From Planctomycetota bacterium (GTDB lineage: Bacteria > Planctomycetota > UBA1135 > UBA2386): a stretch of 64,000 bases of DNA. This document shows, piece by piece, positions 36,159 to 46,451 of the stretch. The stretch spans positions 5,312,001 to 5,376,000 of the forward strand of contig OZ245006.1 of assembly GCA_965223545.1 (NCBI GenBank). Reading direction: 5' to 3'. Both the position numbers and the translations under genes were made by a program. Positions within the stretch are counted from its first letter, which is position 1; the number at the start of each line of letters is the position of its first letter. The notes beneath the pieces were generated by a model, which was given only the letters and a program-made list of their open reading frames with translations, made no database searches and was not told the DNA's origin.

Positions 36159-39100
36159 ATGACGGTGAGTATGCTCGCGATCCTCTCGTTACGGCACACC
36201 GTGTTCTCGGCGCGGCTCCTTATCGGATTCGGCGTGGTCGGCGGCACGCTCGCCGCGCAGGTCCCCCCCCCGGCTCCTCCTCGACGTCAACCCGACCCCG
36301 CTCGAAGTCTGGAGATCGTCTACACCCTCTCCGTACGTTTCGGCGGGCAGCTGGGCCTACTTCGCGGCGAACAACTCGAAGGTGGGCACCGAGCTCTACC
36401 GCACGCTCGGGGTCCCCGGCAGCACGTTCCTGGTGGGTGACTTGGTTCCCGGTGCAGGCGGCTCGCATCCCAGGTCTCTGACGACGGTCGGTTCTCGGCT
36501 GTACTTCGCGGCGGATTCCGCTCAGCTCGGAACCGAGCTCTGGAGCACCGATGTCCCGACCGGTCCGGCGATGATCGCCGACATTCGTCCGGGCGCGGGG
36601 TCGAGCCTGCCGACCGACCTGTTCTCGGTGGGGAACGTGCTGTTCTTCGCCGCGGACGACGGCTCGACCGGGCGGGAGCTGTGGAGATCGGACGGCACCG
36701 CGTCAGGCACGGGGTTGGTGCGGGATATCGCGCGCGGAACTCTCGATGCGAATCCCGTTCCACTCGCGGAGCTGGGCGGGAGGTTGATGTTCTACGCGGA
36801 AGCGAGCGCGACCGGCAGCGAGCTCTGGGTCTCCGACGGCACCTCGGTGGGAACCTCGCTCGTCCGCGATATCAATCCTGGCCCGGAATCATCGAATGGC
36901 GGGGAAGCCGCTGCCTTCAATGGCGTGGTGCTGTTCGTCGCGGACGATGGCGTCGTCGGTGCCGAGTTGTGGGTTTCGGATGGGACCGCAGCCGGCACGT
37001 CCCTGGTGCGCGACATCGATCCGCGAACCGGCTCCTCATCGAGTCCCCAGGACCTCACCGTCGCCACCAACCGGGTTTTCTTCAGTGCCGATGATGGGGT
37101 CAACGGCCGCGAGCTGTGGTGTACGGATGGCACCCGCGCCGGCACGCGAATGGTCGCGGACGTGGCTCCGGGACCGTCATCCGCGACGCCCAAGTGGCTG
37201 GTGGCGATGGGATCGTCGGTTCTGTTCGCGGCTGCGAACCCTGGTAGCGGGACCGAGCTGTGGATCAGCGATGGTACCGCGGTGGGCACGCGGCAGATCA
37301 CCGACTTGAACCCTGGACCTCCTGACTCCAACCCGACCCGGATGACCGTCGTGGGCAACCGCGTGTTCTTTCGCGCGGACAATGGCGGGGGCCAGGGCGA
37401 GGAATTGTGGGTGACCGACGGCACCGCCACCGGGACCGTGTCGCTGGGCGACATCCACCCCGGCAACCAGACGTCGTCAGCAACGCGTCTGCACGCGCAC
37501 GGCAGGCTCCTGCTGTTTTCTGCGAACAACGGCCTGACAGGGAAGGAGCCTTGGGTGTCGGACGGCACGATCGCGGGAACGGAGCAGGTCGCGGACCTCA
37601 GTACGACGGGGTCGGCGCACTCCGGAGCGACCGGTGGCATCGCGATGCACGGGCGCAGCTACTTCACTGCCGACGATGGCCGCGTTGGAATGGAGCTCTG
37701 GGCCACCGACGGCAGCGCGGGTGGCACGGCGCTCGTGCGTGATATCAACTTGGGCGTCGGTGGGGCGCATCCTTCGGGCTTCACGCGCGTCGGCGACGCG
37801 TTCTACTTTGGTGCGACGGGTCTGCGCAGTGGCACGGAGCTCTGGGTCAGCGATGGGACCACGGCCGGGACCCAAATGGTTGTCGATTTGGTGCCCGGCA
37901 CCGGTGGGTCGAGCCCCACTGAGATCGTTGCAATGCGGGGGCGTGTTCTCTTCAGCGCCGAGACCGCGGCGACGGGTCGCGAGTTGTGGGGAAGCGATGG
38001 CACGGCAGGCGGAACGCAGTTGCTCAGCGACATCGACCCGGGGCCGGGCCACGGCGCGCCCGACGAGCTGGTGGCCATCGGGGATCGGGCGTACTTCTCC
38101 GCGACCACTCCCGCCGGGGGTAGGGAGCCATGGGTTACCGATGGCACGCAGGGCGGCACGACGCGACTGGTCGACGTCTTCGGCGGCTTAGGCAGCTCGG
38201 ACCCCGCTGGCTTTACGCGCGCCGGGCGATGGGTGGTCTTCGCCGCGCTCGACTGGCAGGGGGGGCGGGAGCTTTGGCGAACCGATGGTACTCCGAGCGG
38301 CACGGCACGCGTCGTCGACCTCGCGCCCGGCGTGTTCTCGAGTGGGCCTCGGTCGATGGTCCGCCTCGGGGACCGGGCGGTCTTCACCGCGGAGGCTCCC
38401 CTGGGTGATCGGGAGCTGTGGATCACCGACGGAACGGCGGCTGGAACTGCGCGGGTTGCCGACATTCGCCCAGGCCCGGCAGGAAGTGACCCCACGGCGC
38501 TGGTGCGGCTGGGGAGTCGCGTCGCGTTCGTCGCTGACGACGGGGTATCGGGCGCCGAGCTCTGGGTCTCCGACGGCACTTCTGCGGGGACGCGAATGGT
38601 CCTGGATCTGAATCCAGGCGGCGCGGGCGCGGGCATCGCGTCTCTGACGCCGATCGGTGAGCGATGGGTCTACTTCAGCGCGGACGACGGCAGCGGAGAT
38701 CGGGAGCTGTGGGTCTCGGATGGCAGCGCCACCGGGACGGCGAAGTTCGATCTTTCGGCGCTGGCGTCCTCGAACCCGCGTGGGTTCGTCCTCGCCGGCA
38801 ACCACGTGCTGTTCAGCGCCATCGATGCGATGGCCGGCCACGAACCGTTCGTGCATGCCGTCTCCGGCACGGTGCAGACACATGCCAGCTCGTGTGGTGC
38901 AAGCGGCCGGTCACCGACGCTCTATGCGACGCCGCCGATCCTCGGCACGACCTCCGCGCTGACCGGACACGACACCGTCGCGAACGGCGCCGGAGCCCTG
39001 CTGCTCTCCGCGCGGGGTCGTGCCATCACGCTGGCGGGTGGCTGCTCCACGCGCCTGGACCCCGCGACCATGGCTGTCGTGGCGACGGCGACGACGGACG

Positions 39101-39249
39101 CCACCGGTCGCTGGTCGGCAGTTCTGCCAATCCCCAACCTGGCGGTGCTGCACAGCGTCCCCGTCGTGGTGCAGGCCGCGTTCGGACCCAGCGCGGCCCC
39201 CCCGCGCGCCGACCTCACGCCGCCCGTCCTCCTCACCCTAGGCCGATAA
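36159..39249 (+). pseudogene. ELWxxDGT-repeat protein, copy 3, +1 frameshift at a C9 tract
   Basis: The signal peptide (to TLAA-Q) is out of frame with the repeat body; C8 at 36263-36271 would restore QVPPRLLLDVNP...GTELYRTLG. Confidence 0.85.
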
Positions 39250-39285
39250 ACTGAAGGTACGGAGCCAGGCTCCGTACCTTCAGTT
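39249..39285. repeat. Perfect 18-bp inverted repeat between convergent genes
   Basis: AACTGAAGGTACGGAGCC-A-GGCTCCGTACCTTCAGTT. Confidence 0.85.
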
Positions 39286-39966
39286 GCGTTGGATCTGGAC
39301 GAGGCGGATCTTGGTGTCGTTGCTGCATTCTTCGACGAGGCCGACGCCCGGGGCGTAGAGGATGATGTCGTCGTCCTCGGGGTCGTCCGGGTTCTCGTGC
39401 AGGCGTAGGCATCCGGAGAACGTGCCCGCCGGCGTGTTGGCCGTCACGTTGGTCGCCAGGATCACGAACTCTTCTGGCCCCGAGGCGCCCCAAGCGGCGA
39501 TGCGCGCGCCCGCGCGGGGAATGGCGGGCAGCACGGGCCATGGCAAGCCGCCGCCGATGCCCGCGATCCACCACTCGTTGCCCGTCGGTGTGCCGTTGCT
39601 TGCCAACTCGAGCGTCTCCTCCCCGTACTTCCACACCAAACCGCTCCGGTCCGGCGCGAACCACTCGACTGTGATCTCGCGCAGGGCGTTGTCGAGGAAG
39701 ATGCGCTGGACCAGGCCGACACAGGTCGTGCCCATGATCTCGCGGGGGTGGGGGTGGAGCTCCACCTCGTCGCGGCGGAACCGACCCGCATCGACGCCCT
39801 CGTACACCCGGGTCACGCCCAGCTCGAGTGGGAAGTAGGACGAGCTGGCCGTGGAGATCACTCCGCCGCTGCGGCTCGCGGCTTCTGGCTCAGAGGCGTG
39901 GTTGCAGCCGGTGGCGGCCAGCAGCGCGCCGAAAACGGCCAAGCGAGGGTTTTGTATCAGCATCAT
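39280..39966 (-). CDS. Lipoprotein, hypothetical
   Basis: AAAGGAG RBS; lipobox LAATGC; YFPLELG, VWKYGEE, YAPGVGLV. Confidence 0.8.
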   Translation of the reverse strand: MMLIQNPRLAVFGALLAATGCNHASEPEAASRSGGVISTASSSYFPLELGVTRVYEGVDAGRFRRDEVELHPHPREIMGTTCVGLVQRIFLDNALREITVEWFAPDRSGLVWKYGEETLELASNGTPTGNEWWIAGIGGGLPWPVLPAIPRAGARIAAWGASGPEEFVILATNVTANTPAGTFSGCLRLHENPDDPEDDDIILYAPGVGLVEECSNDTKIRLVQIQRN

Positions 39967-41488
39967 GGTCTCCTTTGGAGCGCGTGGTGTGGTCCTCGAA
40001 CCGGGCGGCGGAAGAAGCGGGCGACGTGGGGCCGGTGAGGCGCACGACGAAGACGTCGTCCGCGCGTGACGTGAACTCGAGCTGCAACTGCAGGAGCCTG
40101 CACAGGGCTGCAACCAAAGCCAAGCCCAACCCGGCGTGCTCGCCCGGCGAACGCGCGGGATCCGCGCGCCAAAACGGCTCGGTGACCCGGTCTAGGTCGG
40201 CGCCGATGGCTTGCTCGCTGTGGTTGGTGATCTCCAGCCGAAAGCGACGCCCGCCGGCCGATTGGACGTGCGTGGCGGTGACGTGGACCACCGTTCCGGG
40301 GCGAGAGTGGCTGACCGCGTTGTGCAGCAGATTGGTGAGCACCAACTCGAGCTTGCCGCGATCGATGTAGAGCTGAAGATCCGCTGGCAGCTCTGCCGCG
40401 AACCTCAGCTCACGCCGCGTCGCCGCCTCCTCGAAACGCGACCAGACTGTGTGGATCATCGAAGGAAGCGCGACCGCATCGGCCTTGGTGTGCTCGACGC
40501 CGGCTTCGCAGCGAGCCAACAACATCAAGTCGCGGATGCAGCTCTCCATGCGGCTGGCGACCGCGCCGACGTCGCCGAAGTAGCCGACGACGGCGTCGCG
40601 GTCGTCTGGCCAGCGCCGCCCGACGGCGGCAAGGGACCGCAGCTCGGCGATCGGCGTGCGCAGCTCGTGGGCGACATTGCCCGAGAAGCGTCGTTCACGC
40701 TGAAACGCCGCCTCCAGCCGCTGCAACAGCTCATTGAGGCGCTCGGCCACCGGCGCGAGCTCGCGTGGCGCGGTGGTCGGGTCGAATCGGTGTGCCAGGT
40801 CGTGCGCGTCGATGTTCTCGACCTCGCGCGCGATCGACACCAGCGGCTTCAGGCCGCGGATCAGCGCCCAAGTCACGAAGGCGAAGCTGGCCAGCAACGT
40901 CAAAGCGACCATTCCCGCAATCGCGGCGCGTGTCGTGGTGAGCAGCGCGGCAAGCGATTCGCGGCCGCGCGCCAGCACCAGGACCAGCGCCCGCTCGGGG
41001 GCCGACGCCCCACTGGCTTCCACCGAGTCCTCGTCATCGCCGGGGTCGGGCGTCGAGTTCGGAAAGTACGCGAGCTGCGCCACTCGCCCGGCGCGACCGT
41101 CCGGCAGGACCGCGTCGACCCAGTGCATCGCGTCCAAGTCGCTCGGCCGGACCGGTAGGTCGACGTCCGCCGGGAGGCTGTTCGAACGCAGCAGCATCGA
41201 GCCGTCGTCGAGCCAGAACTGGAAGTACTCGCGCGGCGGTCCGCTGCCGTTGTCCTCGTCGAACTCCGGCATCGACCCCGGCACGTAGTCGAACTCGATC
41301 TGGCCGTTCTCTTGCTCGGTCAGCGAGGCGAGGGCGCGCAGCTTGGCACCCAGCGTCGCGTCGAACTCCGCGGCGAGATGGCGGCGCATCGCGCCGTCGA
41401 GGACGACACCACAGGCGCCCAGCAAGAGACCGATGCCGACGGTCAGGGAGACCTGCAGGCGACGGCGGATCGAGGCGGACGGCGTCAC
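39890..41488 (-). CDS. Sensor histidine kinase (HAMP, HisKA, HATPase)
   Basis: Two TM segments; AHELRTP, NLLHNA, FWRAD, GLGLALV. Confidence 0.93.
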   Translation of the reverse strand: MTPSASIRRRLQVSLTVGIGLLLGACGVVLDGAMRRHLAAEFDATLGAKLRALASLTEQENGQIEFDYVPGSMPEFDEDNGSGPPREYFQFWLDDGSMLLRSNSLPADVDLPVRPSDLDAMHWVDAVLPDGRAGRVAQLAYFPNSTPDPGDDEDSVEASGASAPERALVLVLARGRESLAALLTTTRAAIAGMVALTLLASFAFVTWALIRGLKPLVSIAREVENIDAHDLAHRFDPTTAPRELAPVAERLNELLQRLEAAFQRERRFSGNVAHELRTPIAELRSLAAVGRRWPDDRDAVVGYFGDVGAVASRMESCIRDLMLLARCEAGVEHTKADAVALPSMIHTVWSRFEEAATRRELRFAAELPADLQLYIDRGKLELVLTNLLHNAVSHSRPGTVVHVTATHVQSAGGRRFRLEITNHSEQAIGADLDRVTEPFWRADPARSPGEHAGLGLALVAALCRLLQLQLEFTSRADDVFVVRLTGPTSPASSAARFEDHTTRSKGDHDADTKPSLGRFRRAAGRHRLQPRL

Positions 41489-42150
41489 GACACGGAGTAC
41501 CCCAGTCCGCGGTGCGTTCGGATCAGGTCGCGCGTGCCCGAGCCGTCCAGCTTCTTGCGCACCTGATGCACGAAGACCTCGACTGCGTTCTCCGTGCCAT
41601 GTCCCGCGCCTCCGTAGAGATGGTCGAGAAGCTCGGTCTTGGCCACGATGCGGCCGCGCCGCACCACCAAGTACTCCAGCACGGAGAACTCGTTGCGCGT
41701 CAACGCGATCTCCCGATCACCGTGATGCAGTGTGCGCCGTGCCGTGTCCATCGCCAGCGCCCCCACCCGCTGCACGGGGTTCTTGGTCGCGTACTTGCGG
41801 CGCACCAGTGCGCGCAGCCGAGCCACCAGCTCGCCGAAATCGAAGGGCTTGGTCAAGTAATCGTCGGCGCCGTGCTCGAGCCCCTCGATGCGTTCCTCCA
41901 CGCGCTCCTTCGCCGAGAGGATCAGCACGTGCTGTTGGATGCAGTGTCGGCGCAAAGCACGCAGGACACTCAACCCGTCGCGCTTGGGCAGCATCAGGTC
42001 GAGGACGATGGCGTCGTAGCACCCGTGCCGCGCGTACTCCAGGCCCTCCTCGCCGTCACCGACGACGTCCACTGCGAATCCCGATCGCTGCAGGCCGTGG
42101 GCAAGCGAGCGGCGCAGGCGTTCCGAGTCCTCGATGACCAGGATCTTCAT
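41485..42150 (-). CDS. OmpR/PhoB-family response regulator
   Basis: ILVIED, LDLMLP, GADDYLTKPF, LTRNE, IRTHRGLGY. Confidence 0.96.
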   Translation of the reverse strand: MKILVIEDSERLRRSLAHGLQRSGFAVDVVGDGEEGLEYARHGCYDAIVLDLMLPKRDGLSVLRALRRHCIQQHVLILSAKERVEERIEGLEHGADDYLTKPFDFGELVARLRALVRRKYATKNPVQRVGALAMDTARRTLHHGDREIALTRNEFSVLEYLVVRRGRIVAKTELLDHLYGGAGHGTENAVEVFVHQVRKKLDGSGTRDLIRTHRGLGYSVS

Positions 42151-42170
42151 CGATCGAAGGGTCCCACCCC

Positions 42171-42190
42171 AATCTTAGGGAATCCTGAGG
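42171..42190. promoter_or_regulatory. Tandem direct repeat, possible response-regulator box
   Basis: AATCTTAGGG-AATCCTGAGG in the divergent gap. Confidence 0.35.
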
Positions 42191-42304
42191 AAGTCAGTTC
42201 GCCCGAGTAGGCCCTGACCCTCAGGGACGCCAAAGGAGCGTGCTCCAGGATGGCGCGAGTTCTGACAGTCAGAACCCCGTGAACCCCAAACCAAGGAGCA
42301 AACG

Positions 42305-43045
42305 ATGATCGACATCAAGCGACTCTCCCCCTTCTTCCTGACTCCCCTGGCGCTGTCTTGGGCGTTCCCCGCGCCGGAGACGCGTGGCACCGAGGTCCCC
42401 CTGGCGGACGCGGCCGTGTTCATCGAGTTCAACTCGACCGACGGCGACTTCGGCATCCAGTTCTTCTGGGACGGTGACCCGTGGGATCGGATGACGGTCG
42501 TCGATCCCAGCGGGAAGAACGCGCTCAAGGTCAAGATCAACCATGGCCTCCAACGGCAGGGGCTGACCGAGGGGTTCTTCGAGAGCGCGGAGCCACCCAC
42601 CTCGGTGCTGTCGATGGCGCAGTTCCTGCAGCGATTCCCCGAGGGGGACTACGACTTCGCCGGCGCCACACTTACCGGCGAGCGGCTCGTCGGCGAGGCG
42701 GAGTTCACGCACGTCATGCCGGCGCCTCCCGCCAACCTGAGTCCCGGCGAGGGTGCCGCAGTGTCAGCGACGGCGCCGTTGGTGCTGTCGTTCGATGCGG
42801 TGATCGCCGACCTGAACGGTGCGCCGCTACAGCCGGAGTACTACGAGGTCATCCTGCAGAACGAGGACTCCGGCCGCACCATGACGGTCGAACTCGACGG
42901 CGACGTTGCCAGCCCGATGGTGATCGTGCCTCCGGGCTTCGTCAGCGCAGGCACGGAGTACAAGTTCGAGGTGATCGTGGAGGAGGAGAGCGGCAATCGG
43001 ACCATCTCCGAGGTCGCGTTCACAACCGCTGCGAGCTCACCGTGA
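42305..43045 (+). CDS. Secreted acidic hypothetical protein
   Basis: AAGGAG RBS; signal-like N-terminus; IEFNSTDGD, FFESAEP. Confidence 0.8.
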   Translation: MIDIKRLSPFFLTPLALSWAFPAPETRGTEVPLADAAVFIEFNSTDGDFGIQFFWDGDPWDRMTVVDPSGKNALKVKINHGLQRQGLTEGFFESAEPPTSVLSMAQFLQRFPEGDYDFAGATLTGERLVGEAEFTHVMPAPPANLSPGEGAAVSATAPLVLSFDAVIADLNGAPLQPEYYEVILQNEDSGRTMTVELDGDVASPMVIVPPGFVSAGTEYKFEVIVEEESGNRTISEVAFTTAASSP

Positions 43046-43566
43046 CCGGAGGTGCCCGAGCCGTGGTCGCACTCGCGGTCGCAATGCTCGTCGTCGGGGG
43101 TCTGCAAGTCAGTGCTGGGGGCAGCGAAGACGTGCCTACCGCTGTCGCTGGGGCGGGTCTCGCGCGGGGCGCGCCGACCGGATGGACCCCATCGGGGAGC
43201 GTGCCGTCACCTGCGCCACGGCAGATCGTGACGCGTCGCTCGCAAAGGGCGGTAGTCGTGGATCTGCCGGCTGCCCTTGGACGGGTGGTGCACGTGCGCG
43301 GCGTCGCCCGCCGCGGGGGCCTTCCCGCGACCCTGACCGAGATCTGCTTAGTGCCCGCGGGGGACGGTGGCGATGGGCTCCAGCGGAGTGCCGACTGGGA
43401 CCTGACCGACGCGCAGGGGCAGTACGACGTGAGGCTGCGACCTGGAGACTACATCCTGTGTGCCGAAGGGTCGGTCGACCGGCGACTGGTGTCGATCGAC
43501 GTGCCCCTCGTGGGCTCAGCGGATGGTGTCAGCCAGGACATCGATCTCAGCGCGGGCCGGCAGTGA
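43042..43566 (+). CDS. Hypothetical exported protein with carboxypeptidase-regulatory-like beta domain
   Basis: GTGA overlap; hydrophobic N-terminus; TDAQGQYDVRLRPGDY. Confidence 0.6.
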   Translation: MTGGARAVVALAVAMLVVGGLQVSAGGSEDVPTAVAGAGLARGAPTGWTPSGSVPSPAPRQIVTRRSQRAVVVDLPAALGRVVHVRGVARRGGLPATLTEICLVPAGDGGDGLQRSADWDLTDAQGQYDVRLRPGDYILCAEGSVDRRLVSIDVPLVGSADGVSQDIDLSAGRQ

Positions 43567-44394
43567 AAGCTCGACGAGCACCGGATGGTGGTCCGAAGGA
43601 AACCGGCCCTCGATGCGACCGTTGTCGATGATGGCCGAGTGCAGCGCGAACCCTTCGGTGCACAGGATGTGGTCGATGCGCTTGCTTCCCTGTGAGTCGA
43701 AGCCGTTGAAGGTGCCCTCGCCCGATCGGTCGGGGTGCACCTCGCCATAGCAGTCGCGGAAGCCGGCGGCCTCGAGCGCGCGCAGCGGCGGCGCGGTTTC
43801 TGTTGCGTTGAAGTCGCCGAGCAGGATCAACGGCAGGGCGCGCTGTTCCGTCCACCGCTGCAGCAGGCGCGCGCTCTCGAGCCGCGCCCGCTCACCGCGG
43901 TGGTCGAAATGAACGTTGGCGACGACCAGGCGTGCACCGGAGCGGCGGTCGCGCACGCGTGCCCACGTACAGATGCGGGTCAGCGCAGCGTCCCAGCCCA
44001 CTGCCCCCGGGACCTCCCGGTCCGGCGCCAGCCAAAACGTGCCGTGTTCTTCGACCTTGAGGCGGTCCTTGCGCACGAACAGAGTGCACGCCTCGCCACC
44101 ACCGTCGGCATCCCGGCCGCGGCCGTGCGCGACGAACTCCGGCAGCGCAGCCTGCAGCTCACTGGCTTGGAACGGCAGGACCTCTTGTGTGCCGAGGATG
44201 TCCGGCGCGTGCCCGCGAATGCTCGCGATCACTCGCGCCCCACGCATCTGCCAGTGATCCTCCCCGTCGGCGGCAGTGCCGTAGCGGATGTTGAACGTCA
44301 TCACCCGCAGCCGCTCGCCCTCCTGCGCACACCCCGCCAACGCCAACAGAACGTACGGAGTCAGGCTCGATTTTCTCGCTACCGCGTTCCTCAT
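43516..44394 (-). CDS. Endonuclease/exonuclease/phosphatase family lipoprotein
   Basis: LAGC lipobox; MTFNIRY, GTQE, NVHFDH, LGDFN, RIDHI, PSDHHPV. Confidence 0.92.
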   Translation of the reverse strand: MRNAVARKSSLTPYVLLALAGCAQEGERLRVMTFNIRYGTAADGEDHWQMRGARVIASIRGHAPDILGTQEVLPFQASELQAALPEFVAHGRGRDADGGGEACTLFVRKDRLKVEEHGTFWLAPDREVPGAVGWDAALTRICTWARVRDRRSGARLVVANVHFDHRGERARLESARLLQRWTEQRALPLILLGDFNATETAPPLRALEAAGFRDCYGEVHPDRSGEGTFNGFDSQGSKRIDHILCTEGFALHSAIIDNGRIEGRFPSDHHPVLVELSLPARAEIDVLADTIR

Positions 44395-44417
44395 GCTGCA
44401 TCCAACCCCGGCGCTGC

Positions 44418-46397
44418 TTAGCGCACCCGCAGTGACCAAGTGTTCGACGTTCCCGCGACCCCGCCAGGTGCGCGAGTGTCGAGAACGACGCTTGCGGTGT
44501 GCAGAGCGATTCCGCGCAGGGCAGCAAGCGGTGGCACGGTCAACGCGGGCGAGGCGTTGCCGCCGCCGTCGAGGACCGCCACATAGCCCGACAGGATCGG
44601 AGACGTCGCCCCGAGAGTCGCCGCCAGCAAGGCGTCGGCATCGAGCCTCAGCAAATGCGGTCCCCATAGCAAGGGGCCGAGCCCGAGCGATGTCCCGGTG
44701 ATCGCGAGCTTGCCGGCATAGGCGCGTGCGTGGAGCGCGAAGCCGACCGGTGCACCCGGCGCCGGCGCGTCGCCGCCCTCGAGCCGCACGGCGCGGCGCA
44801 GCTCGAGCACGCTCAGGTAGCCGAACCCGGGGTTGCTGGTCCCGCTGCTCACCTCCAACGCCAACACTCCGCGAGCGTCGGGTTGAACGTCGGTGAAGGT
44901 CAACACCAGGTTGAGGTTGTGGGCGGCGTCGAGAGTCTGGGCGGCGAGAGTGCGCACCCCGCGGACGCCGTAGGTTCCCACTCGGGGGTAGGTCGTCGAC
45001 TCGCGCGTGCCGTGCACGATCAGGTCGTAGCGAGCGCTCGGGTCGAGACCGCGCAGCTCGAGCGTACCGCGAGGGTCATCATAGCCGGCGCCGCGCCCGA
45101 CCAAGAATCCGTCGCGCTGCGCGCGCACGTCGTAGAGCGATCCACTGATGTTGACCGCGCCGATGAACCCTCCGTTGGCGCCCCCTCCCGTCGCGCCGGC
45201 GAACGCGTCGACGACCGCCACCTCGATCCCCGTCGGTCGGTTCTCGGTGTCGCGCGCATCCCGCACGCGGCCCGCGGCCGGATCGGCAATCGTGTTGTAG
45301 TGCCGCCCGGCAACCGGCCGCTGCTCGGGACCGACGAGTGGACCGGCCAGGTCGGAGAAGTCGACCAGGACCGCGGATGGCGGAAGCTGTGGGGGTTGGG
45401 CGACCGGCGGCGCAGCCAGCACCTGGTCTGCCCAAGCTGTCAGCTGCGTGCTCTCCGCGCCGGTCACGCCGATCGCCGCGGCGACCGGCTGCAGAACGCC
45501 GCTCGCCGCCAAGCGCTGGGTATCGGCGTCGCCGTAGAGCGTGCCGTAGATGGTCAACGCCGTGAGCAAGTCGCCGCGGCTGCTGGCGTGATAGTGATCG
45601 GCGGCGTAGAGATTGCCGAAGCCACGCCCCCAGTCGGCCGCCTGCCACGCGTCCCCGACCGGCGCGATCAGGGCGCCGGCCGACGGTGCCCGCCGCTCGA
45701 TGAGTCGCTGGGCCTCGTCGTAGCTGCTCCGCACTTCCTCGGCCATCGCGGCCGGACCCGCGAACAGAGGGCCAAGCGTCCAGTTGGCGACCCCGATGGC
45801 GATGTTGTGGCCCGCCGTGTGCGGCGAAGACACGTCGTAGAACCAGTGGTCGGGTTGCCGCGCCCACGCTTGGTAGAGCACCGGCACGACGCCGGGATGT
45901 TTGGATGTGTGGTTGGTCGCGCCGTCGCGCACCTCGTCGAACAACCGCCACGAGTTCTCTTGGTGCAGCCGCGGATTCCCGGTGTATGGGTGCTGCGTCG
46001 AACGCGTGCTGAAGCCCTGCAGGACGACGTAGTCCCAGCTCTCGCCCTCCAGCGCGGGCTCGTCGATGTGCCCCAGCGAAGCCGCGTTCGCCGACAGGTG
46101 GTGGTCGAGGCCGCGATTGAGGTGATAGACGTTCTTGACGAACGGTGCCGGGTGACCTGCGGCGATGGCGATCTGACGCACCAGCTCCGGAACGCCGCGC
46201 GCGCCGCCCCAAGCCGGCGAGTGCACCGCCGGGTTGGACGAGCTGATGGTGTAGCTGTTGCCGAAGAAGAGGACGTTGATGCCCGCGGTGGACGCCGCGG
46301 ATTGCGGCGAGACGAAGGCACCTGGGTTGACGACCTGAGCGGTCACATCGAGCGTTGGCCAGACGGCAGCCGCCAGCCAGAGGGCATGCACGCGCAC
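44418..46397 (-). CDS. Secreted SGNH-hydrolase-like protein (DUF4886-like) with beta-sandwich and C-terminal domain
   Basis: Signal peptide ending VTA-Q; FFGNSYT, WDYVVLQ, APVGDAW, DHYH. Confidence 0.8.
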   Translation of the reverse strand: MRVHALWLAAAVWPTLDVTAQVVNPGAFVSPQSAASTAGINVLFFGNSYTISSSNPAVHSPAWGGARGVPELVRQIAIAAGHPAPFVKNVYHLNRGLDHHLSANAASLGHIDEPALEGESWDYVVLQGFSTRSTQHPYTGNPRLHQENSWRLFDEVRDGATNHTSKHPGVVPVLYQAWARQPDHWFYDVSSPHTAGHNIAIGVANWTLGPLFAGPAAMAEEVRSSYDEAQRLIERRAPSAGALIAPVGDAWQAADWGRGFGNLYAADHYHASSRGDLLTALTIYGTLYGDADTQRLAASGVLQPVAAAIGVTGAESTQLTAWADQVLAAPPVAQPPQLPPSAVLVDFSDLAGPLVGPEQRPVAGRHYNTIADPAAGRVRDARDTENRPTGIEVAVVDAFAGATGGGANGGFIGAVNISGSLYDVRAQRDGFLVGRGAGYDDPRGTLELRGLDPSARYDLIVHGTRESTTYPRVGTYGVRGVRTLAAQTLDAAHNLNLVLTFTDVQPDARGVLALEVSSGTSNPGFGYLSVLELRRAVRLEGGDAPAPGAPVGFALHARAYAGKLAITGTSLGLGPLLWGPHLLRLDADALLAATLGATSPILSGYVAVLDGGGNASPALTVPPLAALRGIALHTASVVLDTRAPGGVAGTSNTWSLRVR

Positions 46398-46451
46398 GGG
46401 ACCTCCTCGAGGGTGGAGTGAGCTGCCGCCAACTTACACCCTGCGCGGCTG

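Noticed and set aside
29316..39249. Regular GAGCTGTGG...GACGG repeats as a CRISPR array or DNA repeat system
   Set aside because: They are in-frame ELWxxDGT coding repeats with synonymous variation, and no cas genes are present.
39890..39966. 77-nt overlap of the histidine kinase tail with the lipoprotein gene as a frameshift
   Set aside because: All kinase motifs are complete before the overlap, so a drifted stop codon is sufficient explanation.
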